Position numbers and translations under genes: made by a program. A stretch of DNA of 62,434 nt, filler included, from Chiloscyllium plagiosum (taxonomy: Eukaryota), in assembly GCF_004010195.1 (NCBI RefSeq). It is 4 parts of one record of this genome, joined end to end, with 100 filler letters (N's around TTAATTAATTAA, not from the genome) between each part and the next. Parts side by side here need not be neighbours in the genome. Positions count along the whole stretch, not along the records: positions 59,557 to 62,434 come from NC_057710.1; 3 more parts are not named here. One strand, given 5' to 3'. Under the pieces are notes generated by a model. That model searched no databases and had not been told where the DNA came from. It saw only the letters and a list, made by a program, of their open reading frames with translations. Shown here in pieces: positions 59,557 to 62,434 of this stretch (positions are counted from its first letter, which is position 1; each line of letters begins with the position of its first letter).

Positions 59557-62434
59557 GAGGATGGTGGAGAGGATGGTGGAGAGGATGGTGAAGAAGATGG
59601 TGGACAGGATGGTGGAGGGGATATTGGAGAAGATGGGGGAGAAAATGGTGGAGAGGATGGTGGACACCATGGTGGATAGGATTGTGGAGAAGCTTGTGGA
59701 GAAGACGGTGAAGAGGTTAGTATAGAGGATGGTGGAGAAAATTGTGGAGAAGATGGTGGAGAGGATGGTGGAGAGGATGGTGGACTCGATGGTGGAGAGG
59801 ATGGTGGAGAAGATGGTGGCGAGGCTGGTGGAGAGGATGGTGGAGTGGATGGTGGAGTGTATGGTGGTGAGGATGGTGGTGAGGATGGTGGAGAGGATGG
59901 TGCACAGGATGGTGGAGAAGATGGTGGAGAGGATGGTGGGGAGGATCGTGGAGAGGATGGTGGAGAGGATGGTAGAGAGAATGGTGGTGAGGATGGTGGA
60001 GAGAATGGTGGAGAGGATGGTGGAGATGATGGTGGAGAGGCTGGTGGAGAGGATAGTGGAGAGGATGGTGGAGAGGATGGTGGTGAGGATGGTGGAGAGG
60101 ATGATGTAGAGAATGGTGAAGTGGATGGTGGAGAGGATTGTGGACAGGATGGTGGAGAGAATGGTGGAGAAGATAGTGGTGAGGATGGTGGAGAGGATGG
60201 TGGAGAGGATGGTGGAGAAGATGATGGAGAGGAGGGTGGACAGGATGGTGGAGAGGATGGTGGAGAGGATCGTGGAGAGGATGGTGGAGAGGATGGTGGA
60301 GACGATGGTGGAGAAGATGGTGGAGAGGATGGTGGAGAAGATGGTGGTGAGGATGGTGGAGAGGATGGTGGAGAGGATGGTGGACTCGAAGAGGATGGTG
60401 GAAAGGCTGATGGAGAGGATGGTGGAGAGGATGGAGGACAGGATAGTGGAGAGGCTGGTGGAGAAGATGGTGGAGAGGATGGTGGTGAAGATGGTGGAGA
60501 GGATGGTGAAGAAGATAGTGGTGACGATGGTGGAGATAATGGTGGAGAAGAGGAGGGTGAAGAGGATGGTGGAGAGGATGGTGGAGAGGATGGTTGAGAA
60601 CATGGTGGAGAGGATGGTGAAGAGAATGGTCGACAGGATGGTGGACAGGATGGTGGAGAGGATGGTGGAGAAGATGATGGAGAGGATGGTGGAGAGGATG
60701 GTGTAGATGATGGTGGAGAAGAAGGTGGAGAGGATGGTGGAGAGGATGGTTGAGAACATGGTGGATAGGATGGTAGAGAGGATGGTGGAGAGGATGGTGG
60801 AGAAGATGTTGGAGAGGATGGTCAACAGGATGGTGGACAGGATGGTGGAGAGAATGGTGGAGATGATGGTGGAGAGGATGGTGGAGACGAGGGTAGAGAG
60901 GATAGTGGAGAGGATGGTGGAGAGGATGGTGGAGAACATGGTGGAGAGGATGGTGGAGAAGATGGTGATGAGGATGGTGGAGAGGATGGTGGAGAGGATG
61001 GTGGAGAACATGGTGGAGAGGATGGTAGAGAAGATGGTGGAGAAAATGGTGGAGAGGATGGTGGAGAGGATGGTGGAGAGGATGGTGGTGAATATGGTGG
61101 AGAGGATGGTGAGGAGGATTGTGGACAGGATGGTGGAGAGAATGGTGGAGAAGATAGTGGTGAGGATGGTGGAGAAGATGGTGGAGAGGATGGTGGAGAG
61201 GATTGTGGAGAAGATGATGGAGAGGAGGGTGGAGAAGATGGTGGAGAGGATGGTGGAGAGGATGGTGGAGAAGATGGTGGAGAGGCTGGTGGAGAGGATG
61301 GTGGGGAGGAGGGTGGAGAGGATGGTGTAGAGGATGGTGGAGAGGATGGTGGAGAAGATGGTAGAGAGGATGGTGGAGACGATGGTGGAGAGGATGGTGG
61401 AGAGGATGGTGGAGAGGATGGTGGAGAACATGGTGGAAAGGATGGTGGACAGGATGGTGGAGAGGATGGTGGAGAACACGGTGGAGAGGATGGTGGAGAG
61501 GATGTTGGAGAAGATGCTGGAGAGGATGGTGGAGAGGATAGTGGAGAGGCTGGTGGAGAAGTTGGTGGAGAGGATGGTGGAGAGGAGGGTGAAGAGGATG
61601 GTGGAGAGGATGGTGGAGAGGATGGTTGAGAACATGGTGGAGACGATGGTGAAGAGAATGGTCGACAGGATGGTGGAAAGGATGGTGGAGAGGATGGTGG
61701 AGAAGATGGTGGAGAAGATGGTGGAGAGGATGGTGGAGAGGATGGTGGAGAAGATGTTGGAGAGGATGGTCGACAGGATGGTGGACATGATGGTGGAGAG
61801 AATGGTGGAGAAGATGGTGGAGAGGATGGTGGAAAGGAGGGTGGAGAGGATAGTGGAGAGGATGGTGGAGAGGATGGTGGAGAACATGGTGGAAAACATG
61901 GTGGAGAAGATGGTGGTGAGGATGCTGGAGAGGATGGTGGTGAGGATGGTGGAGAAGATGGTGGAGAGGATAGTGGAGAGGATGATGGAGAGGATGGTGG
62001 AGAGGATGGTGGAGAGGATTGTTGGAAAGATGGTGGAGTGGATGGTGGAGAGAATGGTGTAGAGGATGGTAGAGAAGATGGTGGAGAAAATGGTGGAGAG
62101 GATGGTGGAGAGGATGGTGGAGAGGATGGTGGAGAATATGGTGGAGAAGATGGTGCAGAAGATGGTGAAGAGGCTGGTGGAAAGGATGGTGGAGAGAATG
62201 GTGGAGAGGATGGTGGAGAGGATTGTGGACAGGATGGTGGAGAACATGGTGGAGAAGATGGTGCAGAAGATGGTGAAGAGGCTGGTGGAAAGGATGGTGG
62301 AGAAGATGGTGGAGAGGATGGTGGAGAGAATGGTGTAGAGGACGGTAGAGAAGATGGTGGAGAAAATGGTGGAGAGGATGGTGGAGAGGATGGTGGAGAG
62401 GATGGTGGAGAACATGGTGGAGAAGATGGTGCAG
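59557..62434. repeat. Degenerate 12-bp satellite (GAGAGGATGGTG)n, about 240 units, running to the window end
   Basis: Direct tandem periodicity with occasional 15-nt units and higher-order duplications. Confidence 0.97.

Noticed and set aside
59509..62415. 968-aa ORF of (ILST)n on - and the MVER/EDGG ORFs on +
   Set aside because: Satellite translation. The minus-frame codons ATC CTC TCC ACC cannot become stops by one substitution, whereas the + frame (GAG>TAG) does accumulate stops, so the long ORF needs no selection to explain it.

Overview
Vertebrate genomic DNA, almost certainly from a shark or other elasmobranch (HE1-type V-SINEs, HER1/CR1-type LINEs). Roughly three quarters is transposon-derived. 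Three artificial 100-nt linkers (44N-TTAATTAATTAA-44N) split the window into four assembly pieces (1-23225, 23326-45478, 45579-59456, 59557-62434), so adjacency across them is not guaranteed. Host content: the last coding exon of BEND4 (+, 7067-7287) with a probable long 3'UTR; the last one or two coding exons and 3'UTR of an unidentified minus-strand gene (30510-30593, 37304-37335), both missed by the ORF track; and a CpG-rich promoter-like region with an RFX X-box (28441-28454). Repeats include CR1, L2/CR1-like, L1, Tx1, RTE and Rex1-like LINEs, several SINE types, a Gypsy LTR relic, a terminal 12-bp satellite and many Penelope-like elements (PLEs). The strongest hidden signal is RNA structure. 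The terminal repeats of at least four PLE-type families carry minimal type-I hammerhead ribozyme motifs (CTGANGA-N-stem II-GAA-palindrome-H) with covarying stems. Many copies occur as tiny, often fold-back, insertions flanked by 12-17 bp target-site duplications. All family and gene names come from motif recognition, not database searches, and most repeat boundaries are approximate.
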